A program made the translations under genes and the position numbers. Of a stretch of DNA of 64,000 nucleotides, positions 36,701 to 49,600 are shown one piece after another. The stretch's first letter is position 1, and every line of letters begins with the position of its first letter. A model generated the notes under the pieces. The model worked only from the letters and a program-made list of their open reading frames with translations. It did no database searches and was not told the DNA's origin. Origin of the DNA: Phoronis australis (Eukaryota; Animalia; Phoronida); NCBI GenBank assembly GCA_002633005.1, contig NMRA01000605.1:1-64000 (forward strand), in the 5' to 3' direction.

Positions 36701-39700
36701 GTTTTGCCCAAATACAATATCTTTGGTCCAAAAAGATTCAACACATTTCGTGAAATCAGCACACCTGCCCCCACCAGCACACACCCAAGCACAAATGCTC
36801 AGCTGGAACAGAAAGTAAAAGACAGAGGAATAGCAACAATAACTGGCAGGGAAGGACCATGATGCATGCATAAACAATGTGCTCTGATTGTCTGCTCCTA
36901 TCTGAACAGGGAATCGGTCGTAATTGTGCACCCTGAATATCCCTATTTTTCTATTCAATTTAAAAAAAATGCTGCTGAAGTGACGCCACAGCATACAGAG
37001 GCCATTTCCCCCTTAGGAAACCTGGGAATTTTGCTAGGTTGCATTTGACAAGTTGGCATTAATCACCCATTTGCTAACATTATATTACCGTATTCGCCGT
37101 AATAACCGCCCATGCCCCTATAGCGCCCCCCCCAAGCATTTTCAGACTTTGCTGAAATAAGCGCCCAGTCACGAACGTGTACGTGCGAACAATGACGTAC
37201 CTACAATCCTAAAACTCGGCTACAGTAACGTCTTCAATTTATCAAAAAATTTTTGCACGGGTCTTCTAGACCACCAGCGGCACTGCTACGTTTGTATTTA
37301 GCCGTGACTATACACTTCAAAGTAATGCAGCGCTTAAAAAGAATGCAACAGCGTTACTACTCTCGCGACGACCGTGTCCTACTATGGTCTGACCTTTCAG
37401 TACAGACTGTCTCACAAATAAAAATAACCTGGTGTAAACGCACGTGGCCGGGAAGCGCACGCTACATATATGAACCTGTCATCAAAGATATTACTTGGGG
37501 AACTATCCATTCATGAAACGGGTAGCATAGCATCGGTAAGAAATAAATATTGGCACTAATTTCCGACAATTTCTAATACTATAAAACATGTTTGCCTTAT
37601 TTTTGAGATAGATTGTTTGATTTACCATAATTGGTGTTTTTAAGCCGAATATCCGATAAAATGACAACTGACAGTGAATGCTTACACACCCTTATGACAC
37701 CGAAAAATAACTGTCAGATAGTTACGTACGCATCCAGCTACACGGCGACTAATATGGGCCTTACAGAGACAAATGTCGAACGTTTTTAGCAGTACGAGAC
37801 CGGCAAGTGCTGAATGAAACACGTTCTGGTTTAGGTCTACTGCTTGTGCAAATTTCTTTAGACACAACTAATGCACATCTAGCTCGTTAGATTGCGTGGC
37901 TCTGGCCAAAAGACGGTCTCTGCTTTGGCAAATGAACTCTGGTGACACGCACGCGCTCGCTTACTCACAAATGCATACGAACTTCAAAACAAACGTCACG
38001 TGACAACAACATGTGTGTTCGTCCAGACATTTTTCTCGCCGTGTTGCCGAACATACATGTAGATGGCACGATGTTGCACAGATTTGTACTTAAACCTGTC
38101 GTTAATCCAGACTACACGGGAACTTAAAAAAAATCTTAGGGACGTTAGAAAACTAATGAAGATTTCAGATAATTTGCTTGAGTCGAAACTATTTTTAATC
38201 AAGCATTGAAGTCGTCATATCGAAGACGGCGATTTCAAGGCAGTCAGTTGGCGAGTTTTCGCCCTGGGATTCCAGCACAATTTTCTGTAAAATGATCTTA
38301 ATTAAGTAGCAAAGTTTGATAGCAATGCACCACAGTTTTGTTGAAAGTCTTTCATAGATTACAGATACGTCACAGAGCGTAAATTTGATGGATCTTAGCT
38401 TCCTATTTCACCCGTTTCGGAGACTGGGTTTCAACCGCCTTGGGTTATAATAAGCGCCCCCCCNNNNNNNNNNNNNNNNNNNNNNNNNNNNNNNNNNNNN
38501 NNNNNNNNNNNNNNNNNNNNNNNNNNNNNNNNNNNNNNNNNNNNNNNNNNCCCCCCCCCCCCTGAACCGAACTTTTCTAAGCGCCCTGGGCGGTTATTAC
38601 GGCGAATACGGTAATTGCCTGTGCTGCTCTGCATTAGAGTACATCACATAACAAGGCTGATGAAAGTGCAAGTGCAAACTCGAGAACGTCAACTGCAGCG
38701 CACTACTAGCACGTTTGTTGATGTTTGAGCACTTCAAACATTTTTGTGCCTTCAGTTGTGGAGAACAATTGATTGATACTGCTTGTTAGTGAACTTTTAT
38801 TTTTTACATTTCTTCACCACCTACCGCTGAACTATAAAGAGCAGTGCTACTAGCACTGTACCGTCTTTGTCGATGACTGTCCAGTGGACGGAAGCCACCA
38901 GGTGACAGGCTAGAGCTGAAAAAGATATCTCATCAAATTCATAAAGAACATGTTATAGAAAAGACGCATGCTACACAAAAGCAAACTTAATAAGTAGTAA
39001 AACTACAGTGAAATTGGTATACAAAGTTACTGATCAAAAACAACAGTTAGTTGAACTATGGTTACAGAAAGCTTTTGCAAACTCAATAAAAAGCTTGGCT
39101 ATTCTGTTTACATTTTGCCACCAAAAGCTGTAAATTGTCTTAATCACCAACACTTTAGTTCATTCTCACATTTGTTCCTCAGCTTATTCAGTTTTTTATA
39201 CTCCTCCATAGGCTGGGTATGTTGCAGTACAGTGTATTGGCTTTCTTATTTTTACCTTATGTAACATTATTGGTTTCTACTGTGGTCCCCAGTCATGGGC
39301 AAACGTAGCACTGAAACTAAAAAAGTGGGGGGAGGCTAAAGCCCCCCAGCCCCCCTGTGGTGCACCGCCTATAGACCATGGGCGGAGCAGCACTGAAAAA
39401 AGTAGGGGGTTATAGCCCCCCGCCAATCATGGTGCGCTGCCCATGCCAGTGCCAGTGGGTGTCTGCGTTTAGTATTAAACGTGACCACATCTGAATCATT
39501 CATTGAATTACATATAGAAAAACCACTTGTCCTGCAAGCTCACCTGTTCAATGATGGTGAGAGAGGTCCACATGTTGAACTTGCTTTTGGACTTGCTAGA
39601 ATGTTATTGTTGCCAACTAGCACATTTATCATGGGTGCACTGTTGGACCTCTTTAGTGCCCCTGGGGCAGGGGCTGCAGACGTGGGAGGGTCCACTTCCA

Positions 39701-39704
39701 TCAT
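30747..39704 (-). CDS. FAM122A: FAM122/PABIR family protein (PP2A-B55 interacting regulator), 8 exons, about 367 aa
   Basis: Minus-strand exons 39704-39544, 38915-38825, 35887-35802, 35283-35232, 34581-34447, 33043-32887, 31612-31516, 31071-30747, all phase-compatible (1104 nt). Family motifs: LKRSNSAPMI, SRLHQIKHEE, NREAAHEREVQSAMQMSQSWEE, SPSPNRLGSKQCFSPSLQ, PSPSPTRKTFPRRSLSPI. The last exon (S/T-rich) is less certain. The symbol names the family; vertebrate paralog assignment is not possible here. Confidence 0.9.
32720..32842 (+). repeat. Dispersed repeat end (probable DNA-transposon terminus); inverted relative at about 60908-61015
   Basis: AATTTGCTGCGGAAATTTTATGGCAAATCCAATTTTTTTCCGTGGAAATATAAC matches the reverse complement of sequence in 60908-61015. 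Confidence 0.65.
33226..33618. mobile_element. Short TIR element with AT flanks and a THAP N-terminal remnant
   Basis: AT|AGGGCCATCCTGCATTACACGGC ... GCCGTGTAATCCATGACGGCCCT|AT; internal MPTKY*RSAVGCNSD..KYP at about 33400-33478. Confidence 0.65.
33710..33937. mobile_element. Small MITE
   Basis: Imperfect TIR GGGTCCCGTACCAAGAAA / TTTCTTGGTATGGGCC with a CTTAAG-rich interior. Confidence 0.55.
34652..34875. repeat. 12-bp tandem repeat (ACCTTATGTAGG and variants), about 18 copies, in a FAM122 intron
   Basis: Directly visible; it explains the RTLC/HKVL repeat ORFs in the track. Confidence 0.95.
37088..38611. mobile_element. Tc1/pogo-type non-autonomous element with TA TSD
   Basis: TA|CCGTATTCGCCGTAATAACCGCCC ... 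GGGCGGTTATTACGGCGAATACGG|TA perfect TIR; subterminal AAGCGCCC repeats; includes the gap 38464-38550. Confidence 0.85.
39290..39447. mobile_element. Two adjacent short CATGGGC...GCCCATG MITE-like units (relative at about 3628-3705)
   Basis: Shared core GCACTGAAAAAAGTGGGGG...ATAGCCCCC with short inverted ends. Confidence 0.55.
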
Positions 39705-40621
39705 GTTAATAGCCCTGATCACTAGAAGTCATACTTTTCTGATTCCAAGACCACCTAGTCTGCTGATAATGGTCGAGCCTAAAGACCTAAAACTGCAGCT
39801 CACGACAGAATCTGAACAAATGAAAAAATCCGGGAAAACAAAAGCAACAAATCCGAGTCGCTGTCAGAATTGGAACTTCTGTGGGTTTTTTGCAAACTTT
39901 CAGTCAAGGTTCTTTCCAGATGTATTACACTCGATATCCAAGACCTTTGAAGAAAAATACTTTGAACCATTTGCACTCCATTTCGCCCACAGTTAGTTAT
40001 GGTCTTAGATTTTCTTTGTTGTTTCTGCAGAACTTGTCGCCTTCTCTTGTTTTGACCGTCTGTTCAGAGCGCCTGCGCGAACAAATGATTTTTGGACGAA
40101 AAGGTTTTAGAAAATTGTTGCTGATTGGTTCACGTTTGTCCCAGCTATAGAGGTCCGCTTCAGTTTAATTCTATTCAGAATATGAAATTGTCCTCCAATG
40201 ATATAGATTAAGAATAAATGTAGTATGGGTGCAATTATAAATACATCTGTGTCCAATTTTCTTATAAAGCACATAGTTTGTACTAGGCAAAAGTAACTTT
40301 ATAGTTTTGGGCTCATTTGTAAATGTCCAATCACCTTTGGTGTAATATCTCTTAGGCTTGACCCGGTGAGGGCAATATTTTTACGTCATACTTTTTCATT
40401 AAATTTTAGCTTTGGACTAAAATTAGCTACATGAAACTATTTTTTGTCATTTTGTACAGAGTTTATGTAAATTTAATATAAATAGGCTCCAAATTTGTAA
40501 AGCTAGTGTGTCGTAAATGTCTGTAAATTTACGTCAGTAATTTGCACGGCGCCATTTACCACTCGTGCACTTGAAGTGAATGACTTGCAATGAAATAAAC
40601 CACCGGTAAGATTGCCTGACG
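39705..40621. promoter_or_regulatory. Head-to-head (bidirectional) promoter region between FAM122 and RANBP2
   Basis: About 920 bp between divergent ATGs. Contains CCAAT boxes (ATTGG about 40124, CCAAT about 40327), CRE-like TACGTCA (about 40382 and 40530) and a YY1-like GGCGCCATTT (about 40548). Confidence 0.6.
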
Positions 40622-43600
40622 ATGTTGAAAACGAAGCAGCAAGTAGACAAACACGTTGCGTCGATTTTCAACCGTGTTAAAGACATAAAGGAGGTGCGTA
40701 TTTTGAATTAGTCAGGACTGCTGTGTAATGTGGATTTTCGTCCAGTGCCAGTGGCAAGTGTCTTGTCCGACACCTTCGAGTTTCATTTTCGTCGTCTATT
40801 GTCTCCAGTACAGTCCAGAACAAGTTCTAATGAGCTAACGTTGGTTCCACTGCTTTTGCTGTCACATTTTTCAATATCTGTTTTTCATTTATTTCAACGC
40901 TCCATTTTATTGTGTTTAAAACCCTTATTAAAGTCATACTTCAGTGCACGTTTTCTTAGAAAAGTTCAATCAACAGCAAGTATTTGTTAATAGTTGGATG
41001 CATCATGCATGCGTTCCTGATTTAAGAACCAGTTACCACCACTGAATAACTCCTGTTCTTCAGTGATGGTAACTGGTTCTTAAATCAATTTTAAATCAGG
41101 GACCCACCTGTCTGCCTATTACCAAGTATTTTGAAGAAATCTGGGTCTTGTCTAAGTCATATGTAGACAGTGACCACTGTCTAGCTGGCCGAACACGAGA
41201 TGATTGAAGATGTTTCAAGCTTTTTGGCAAATTGTGCATCACTGATTAAAGAGTCAGTCACATTGCTCCTTTTAACTCGAACAAATACTTCCGTAAGCAA
41301 ACTTTTTCTTCGAGCAAGCATTCCCTCAGTTGCCCAAATCGGTAACTGCACGCATCAGGAGATATGATGTTTTACCACCTGGCGCGCAATGTTAAAAATG
41401 ACTAGTTGCATCAGGGCAACTGAAGTGTAGTGAGATGATATTTGATGAGTCTCACTGCTGCGCTGGCCTTCTGAGGCGCGCGCACCCTGTCGGCATTGAA
41501 AGACTACTATTGTTCGTCTTGGAGACTCCTGAAGTTGGCTGTCCGATGCCCTTATGCTGGTGCTGGCCAATAAGAGCGCTACATGAATATGCAGCGGCCA
41601 ATACGCCTGCTGGGGCGCAGAGCAGCACTCGACGTATTGACCACTGACCCTAACAGACACACACATTTACCTCCATGAGCACCTATGGCATTGTTGCAAG
41701 GTAAGACCTAATTCCTACTACAAAACGAAGGACTGCTCGAAGAAAAAGTTTGATTACATGAGTATTTGTTCGAGGTGGAACGAATTAAAAACATTGACGG
41801 CCTCCAAAGGTGTTCCTCTATGCGCAAAAGATACTTATAACCCTTTTAAGAGAATAAGATCATAAGCCAGCAATGTCAGAGGTAATGATTCTCAAGAATT
41901 CATGGTTAACATCTCTAAAGAACCATTAAATTTTTAGTTGATTTTCTATCAGTGAGATATGACTCGGACAAAGCCCCTGTTGAAAAAATACAAGCCTGCT
42001 TATATTAACTTATTTTAGCTTCCTCAAACTTATAATCGATCTACTGTTTTGATAGAATCCAACTTTTATAATCTTTTCTTCGTTACAGAGACATCACAAA
42101 TGCTATAACCTAGCCAAGCTATATTACTCGGTCAAGGATTATGCCTCAGCCAAGAAGTATGTATTGTCTGTCCATTGTAACATTTTAAAAGAGAATGATC
42201 TGCAAAAAGAATATGTATGTTCATTACATTAACATGTGGATCTCATGTCAGTGTATTTAATGTCTTTAGAAGTAATTATGCCAGTTATACTGAATGTCTT
42301 CATGCTTGTAGTGCATAAAAATACCGCATGCTTTGTGACAAGAAGCGTTAAGGAAAATCTTTTCGTTCGAGTTGTTGTGCATGTATTAATTAATCTTGAT
42401 GACAAGAATTTATTGCAGGGCCCTCGATGCCTCGAATTTGGTACCAAATGTCACCCCCGTTCCCTTCAATCGAAAATTACTTAAAAATCACGTGAAATTT
42501 TCCTCATCTGATCCATGAATTCTTTTCCAATGATTAAAAATTCCCCTCATGGTTAAAAGCAGTCTTAATCACACAAACCCTCAAATTTAGAATGTTTTGT
42601 TATTTTCGAAAATCTTTGCAGTCATGCAGTGAGTTACATACCAGTTTACAGCATTGATGTAGATTAAGTTAATTACAAGTACGGGGGTGATCACCTAGTA
42701 CTAAGCAAAGAAAGTCATTCATGATAAAGCTGGGTTCACTGCCTGACACACATACTACTTGGACTAGTCCAATTTTGACAAAAGGCCATATGTTATGTTT
42801 TCCCACAAACAAGTACAAAACCATCATTTAGTTTTGACCACTTGAAGCTATGGCAGGGATGATGACTGGGGGGATATTATTCCTCTGACCTGAAAAAATC
42901 CCCTCTGAAGGCACAGGCACCTTTCCCCTTGAGTGAGAGAGGGCCTGGTGTTCTGTTTAAATGAAATTAATTCAATATTATCATTAGTGTGTAATCTGTC
43001 AATTTATTAACAAACCATGTTTGAATGGATTGTTATCAAACTATACTGAATGCCTTGTATACACCTTTATACATTACACATTTATCCTATGTGAACATTC
43101 CTACACGTTTCACGGATTGTTGTTGTTTCAATGGTATTGTTGCCTTCAGGTATCTGTCTATGTACATGACTGTCAGGGACAACTATCCACCAGCTCACAA
43201 GTTGATGGGACAGATTGATGAAGCGAGTGGACTCAAAGAGAAAGCAGTTGAGTCCTACAGAAGGTATACCAAGCAAACTTTAAAACTATAATCAGAATGC
43301 TTGTATCATCAGCGCTTGTCAAGTCTGTTCACGGGCAAAGTGGTATTTTGTGTCTTGTTATAGACCATATCTAGTTACTGTGGTTCACCACTACATGGTG
43401 CCCTCTGTTGTTGGTAAAGAAAATTATCCGATTGTCTTCCTCATGGAAAGATGGTAAATAAGAGGTTGGAATGTTCAGCAAAGACTCATACTTTGTTTTG
43501 GATTTAGTTATATCTTTGCTCCCCCTGTAGTTTTCCATCTGTCTAGAAAGTTTACCTGACTGAAAATTCACGCTTCCACTGTAGCATTGCTTTGATCTAT

Positions 43601-46600
43601 GCTTGCAATCGGACTATTTGCAGATCCTTTGAGTTGGATGATAAACAACACGATGTCCTTCTGAGTAGTAAGTAGAGCAATTGTCTGAAATCTGTAGGAA
43701 GTGACTCTTAGCTTGTAGACCTTAAGTCGCAGATAAATCTGATAAGGCTGTTTCTTTCTACAAACTGGTAGCTTAGTGCCAGCACAACTATGAAACCAAA
43801 ATCTGGTGGTATTTACTTGTTTTTACTTGGCCGAGTATGTTGCTCTGACGCAAGATTTTTTCCCACTCTACACGTTGCATTTTTCGTCCGATTCCCACTA
43901 AATTCACACACAACCTTAAGCTCCGAAATAGCTGGAAGTCTATTGATTTTCCTCATGATCGGATTTAAGATGGTGGACGTGGCGGCTATTTTGTTTTCCA
44001 ATTCAGATTTAAATGCTTTTAGAAGACGCAGTTTTGGACATATGCGGTTGAAAATCAGTAGGAGCATTGTACTGGACATGTACTACTCATGTGCGGTAAA
44101 TTGTTCACTTCCGGTTAAAGATGGCGGATATATCGGCCATTGCATTTGGACACTTCGATTTTGGGACGAAAACATTTTTTTCCTGTGGAGGGCGCATTGT
44201 AGAACCAATTCCTCCAAAATTGTGTTAGTTTCCTGTAAGTAGCTATTATTGAGTGCTGCTTAACTGGAAGTGGTTTTGAAAATGGCGCATCTGATGCACT
44301 TTCATCAATTTTCAATCATGCTCGGGCTCCATTTTGAACAGGAAGAGCAAATGAGGTGAATTTGTTCATGTGGATTCTTTAAGATATATTCTTTCAAATG
44401 AACTGTAACAATTACATTTTTTTTTTGACTTATTAAACTTTCAATTTCACAAAAATGCAAAATTTGAAAATTTTCCAAAATTTTGTGAAACTACTTTGTC
44501 AGGTAATTTTGAACTGGCTTTCAGAAAATGTTTTCGCAATACAACAACTCGTTCTTGAAATATTTGAGATTTTCTGATGACACTTTTCCTTTGTTAACTG
44601 ACATCTGTTGCACTTTTGTTGGTTTGACTGCTACTGCATCTTCATTCGTCAATATTGTTATCATCATGTTCATCATCGCCACCATCATCATCATCTCCAT
44701 CGTTGTCTTTTCAGTCAATTTCGCCAAGTGTCGCTGACCGGAGCGCTGTCATCATTCATTGTTGCCTAGGCCAGTAATATGAAGAATTCCAAAAATCATT
44801 CATATATTTGCTATTGTTCAGTACAAGCCAAAAGTATTCAGACAAAATGACCTGTAATTCCCAGTCATGGCAGCTTGGCAGAGGCCGAATTCATCATCTG
44901 AATAGTCTTCCCATATAACTAAGAATGAAGGGGAATGAGCAGGACAGTTGGTAAGGTGGCTAAGCCATCCTGCAATTAAAGTTTGGCAGTCCGTATGATT
45001 GTTATCAGTCATTTTTGCTGTTTAAAGAATTAGTGGATCATGATGGGGATGTAGTACTTTGTCTCATTTCTTTTGTCTTGTACTTTAGTTTACTCATGTC
45101 ACCACTTACTGAGGTTAATGTCAATCTGCCCTGAGGAAGTTTATCTGGAAACAATAGAATACTTTCAAGATATTGTACATTTGGTGTGGATTGGGTGTTG
45201 TACATGTTTTGCAGGACGTGGTGCCTTTATCCAGGAACCTTTCGTATTTTTCAGTTTGCACGTTACTCTGTGACTTGAATGTGGACCCTGATAGAGCAAG
45301 AGTAAGTGTTTTGGCTTCTTTTCTGTTGGTCGTCTTCATGATTAGTTGTGTTAGATTATGTTTATTGGTGAGAGAATTAGGGACTCCAGTTAGGGTTGTT
45401 TGTACCTTTCTTGTTTTACTTTTAAGTTTTGTTTTAGAAGTTGATAAAGTGTTGTATGTTATTTTGCAGTTTCTTTTTTCTCTTTGTAGTTTTGGTATGA
45501 CAAAGCAGAAAAGATGCTCCCGAACAACTCTGTCATTTTTGAACTGAAAGTAAGTAGAGCCTGACGGTACAATATTTGATGGTGGTTTTCACTGTAGTCA
45601 TGTTGGAGAATTGTATGTAGATAGTGTGTGTTTTAAGTAATGTTACAGCTGTTGCAGTTGTGTGGTGAACTATAAGCATCATTGAACAAACTAGCATGTT
45701 TTGTTAGATATTTGTCAGTTTTTTTCTGTAAAAATAGCTGTGATAGGTCAGAAGTGTCTCATAACTAATGAAACTGACAAGTTGGATTTCACTGATGTAT
45801 TGTTCTGATAAGTTGAAGAGCCACAAACAAATGGCGTAATAGGTTTTGGGTTTTCCTACTGGAGTTTTATGCAACACTAAAGTTTTTCTATTGACACATG
45901 TTCCTTACAACAGAAGACACTGTGTGGCGCTGGTGATGGTGCGCATAATGGGGAGCTGGAGACATTGTTGACTAATGAACTGGTGAGTAGAAATACTTTG
46001 AATAGTGAATGGTGAAAATGTTGATGATATTGTGCTTTTAAATTCGTGGCAAAAGTGCGATGAAAATCCAAACAAAATTAGCAAGCTAGTTTCCTTCAAA
46101 TTTTGATCGAAATACTGTATTGTTTGAATTTAAAAAAATGTCAGGGATGTCATCTAATGTCTTTGAAGTTATAACGAAAAGTGTAAAAATAGTTGTAAAT
46201 GTCTGTCTTGACAGTTTTGTGAAGAATGTTGTGTCATTTCACCAAAGATGTCTAGCATTCAGAGTAAAAAGCTCTGGCATGTTACGTCATTTGTGTTTGC
46301 AGGTTCGCCGTCCATTGGACGTTCAACTGAGAATGCAGCATATTCAGTTAATGTTGGACCAGCATCGTCCACAAGACGCCTTTGATCACATTGTAGGGGT
46401 GCAGGCGTCTGGAGCATTTGATGCCAACATCACCTGGTTTGAGTTTCTTATCAAGGCATTGATGGTGAGTGAAGTGTGGTGCTTGTTACTTCTTGTCTTA
46501 CTCGTTGTTTTTTGTGAATAATGGTATGTGGTTTAGGAAAAAAATCAGTGATCAACTCACTTAAGCTTAGAAATTTGTCTATGAGTTGTCAAAGCAGTGG

Positions 46601-49600
46601 TATAAGAATGCACACACTAAGAAACACTCTGACATGAAAACACAGGTCCTTATCGCTAAATAGTTTAATAAGTTTGGTAGAGTTGATGAGTAGTAGTTTA
46701 TGTTTTCACAACCAGTAAGAACATGCCCTTGACAGTTTTGGCTCCTCTCAGCAGCCATCTTCCAACGTTATTGGACAGTAGGTGGCATGGTGATCAGACT
46801 GTTCCAAATTTTGGACAACTTGTGAGTCTGCATACATCGGTAAGACTGGCCGAGAATTCTCGGTCAGACTTAATGAACACAGGATGGAGGTGGATGTGCT
46901 GTCTCAGCATAGGGTCACACGTTCAGAGAGGAGATGGTCTCAGATTTCTATTAACAAATCTGCAGTGTCTGATCATGCTCTTGGTTTTCATCATGTGATT
47001 AACTTGGATGATACTCGTCCTGTTGAGTCTGAAAGTAATCTAAGATCTAGATGGAGAAAGGAATCAATTTGGGTGTAAAAAAGTGGATCAGTCATGAACA
47101 GGGACAATGGAGGTTATAAGTTGCCCAAATTTTGGAACAGCCTCATCACCACGCCACCTAACGTCTAATAACTTCCCAAGATGGCTGCTGATAGGAGCTA
47201 AAACTGTCAAAGGTAGATATGTTCTTACTGGTTGTGAAAAAAGAAACTACCGATCAGCAGATCCTTCTTCTTTTGAATTTATAGACACATTTATTAGACA
47301 TAGCTGCTGTAGTCTTTCTGGTCTTTACTGTGTTCAGAAATAGGGACTTTGCCTTAAATGTACTTGAGTAAATTTCAAATCGAAGTGTGTTTGGAGTGAT
47401 CTGTTAGCAAAATTATTTCAATCTGTCAGTGTTAGTATACCAAATGTTTCCTGTGTTGCAATTACAATTTTTAGCGTATGAGGAATTATACTGTGAAGTG
47501 AACAGTCTCAGCTTGTGTACCAGTATTTTAAAGTAATTGTGCAACTCTTGCACTAAAACTACACATTTGTGATCTCATGCTTATACAGACATGTGAAGAC
47601 GCGTTGGGACCCTGTGCCGATTGCTATGAGCTCTTGCTTAATGTTTACAACTCACTAGTGATGCTCAGCCTTCAACAACGAAGTCACAATGAGTGTGCCA
47701 ACACCTTGCTCAGGTATGCAGCAAGACGGAAGTAATGAGATTAGTGGAAAAGTTATTCATTGTTGCTGGGGTTAGGATTTAACCAACTGTAAACAAATAA
47801 CCCTAGTGATGTGTTACAAAGATGCAGCATGCTCCAAACAAAGACTTGCAATACATGTATGCCTAATTAGGTCACATCTCTCTCAATGCGAGAGTCACGC
47901 TTCTTTCAGAATTGCAGCATGAAAGATTAAAAAAGGTGTAGATGGTCTCATAAATGTTGCATCAGATGTGTGCTGGTAGTTTACCTGGGCCCATTGCACC
48001 AAACATCTGAAAGCATTTTTCACATACGATGTGTACACTTATCCACAGGTTAAGACCAAGCTAATCACGATACTTTTGTTTTCTGGAAGCTCATCCTAGT
48101 TCTTATATTAAGTCGATAATTGTCATCCTGCTTTCTTCATCATTTGAAACAGCAGACATCTTAGAGTATGTCTGGTGAAGTCATGGAATATGTGCAGGGG
48201 TAACATTATGTTTTGCAAGTCGTGTCGTGTTCAATTATGCTAGACAACATAACATACAGTGGTGTTACAGTATGGACAAGGCTCTTCAGAGTGCCATGGA
48301 CTTCAATCCTAAAACAGAAGAGTTATCTGTACTCATAACCGAGATGCAAGCCACTGTGTTCTACCACTGTGCCACAATCTTGATGAAAAAGGCTAACAAG
48401 GTATAGTCATGACAAACAAGAAGTAGTGTACAGTGGGATTATACAACAATTAGTATCTAAGGGATTATGTTTGGAAGATTAGTGAGTGAATCTGTGTGCC
48501 TTGGAGTAAAGTTGAAAACCTTTGTGCATCTCTAGAACACATAACTGTGTGTTATTCTTGGAACTTGTGGTCTAGTTTGTGAGATTTCTTTAATTTTAAG
48601 TTAGACCAAAATTGCTTGGCGTTGATTGTTTGAAACCCTTCTATGAAACTAAAACTGAAACTAAGTGCATATTTGATAATTAAAACCGTAAACTCAGCTG
48701 CACAATAATATGTACTGCATCCTATTTTTATTGCACGCGTGCTCTTTTAAAGCCTTGTATCACAGTTGAACTTTGGTGATGTAACAAGTTTTGGCAAGGG
48801 CTTTTGTAAGCACAAGATTGTTGTTGTTTTTTATCATTTGATTTGGTTGTAAAGACTTTTTTAGTCTGAATGATAAACTTGAAGCTTAGCGAGATCTAAT
48901 ATGTTCTTATGAGAGAGAACTACCTGTAATATTGTAATATATATTTCAGCATTCTTCACTCTGGTCTGAGGTGACACCATATGTCGCAGCTTGTTACCTT
49001 GTTAGCTACGCACAGGACGCCCCTGTACTGCAAGCGGAGTGGCATGTTGGCTCGTCACAGGCTCAAAAGAAGAAACACAACCGCTGGTTCACTATGGCCA
49101 ATGACAGATTGTGTAAATCAGGTGATGGGATACTGAACATTTCAAATCCATTTAATGTTATGCTATAATTTTGTCAGAATGTTAAGATGAAGGTATGAAG
49201 AGTATCATTGTGGATGTAGACTGCAGTTTGGTCAACATGTTCTCATACATCATCCAAATTTAGACGGCAAATAAGGGATTGAGGCGATTCTAAATTGGAG
49301 CTGTAGCTTTCCTGGATGCAGATTTTGTTAACTGTTCGTTGTTAACCTGCAAGGTGGCAGCGATGGACGTACTTCGATCAGTTTTGCTGCTCACTTCTGG
49401 GGTGTGTCATCCCCAAGAGGACGTTCAGTGTTGCTTCAGGTTGTTCATCGACGTTTTTGGTGTAGCCTGAATTAGCAAGATACAAGTATTTACTGGTCAA
49501 GCCTTACATCATGAAATGGGGACAACCAATTAAAGCGCTAGTCATCCTCCATGATTGTGTTTAGTGTCAAAAGTATATTGCTGCTCGTTTCCCCATGGTA

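Noticed and set aside
36997-37021. 25-nt candidate FAM122 microexon (FPKGEMAS)
   Set aside because: It is not needed: exon 2 extended to 38825 (RRYSAS...) joins exon 3 in phase and matches the family better.
39481-39996. 171-aa plus-strand ORF
   Set aside because: It is antisense to FAM122 exon 1 and its 5' region, with no recognisable domain.
44820-45560. Minus-strand CKTC-containing ORF suggesting a retroelement
   Set aside because: Part of it is the antisense of RANBP2 exons 5-6, and the remainder has no convincing motif.
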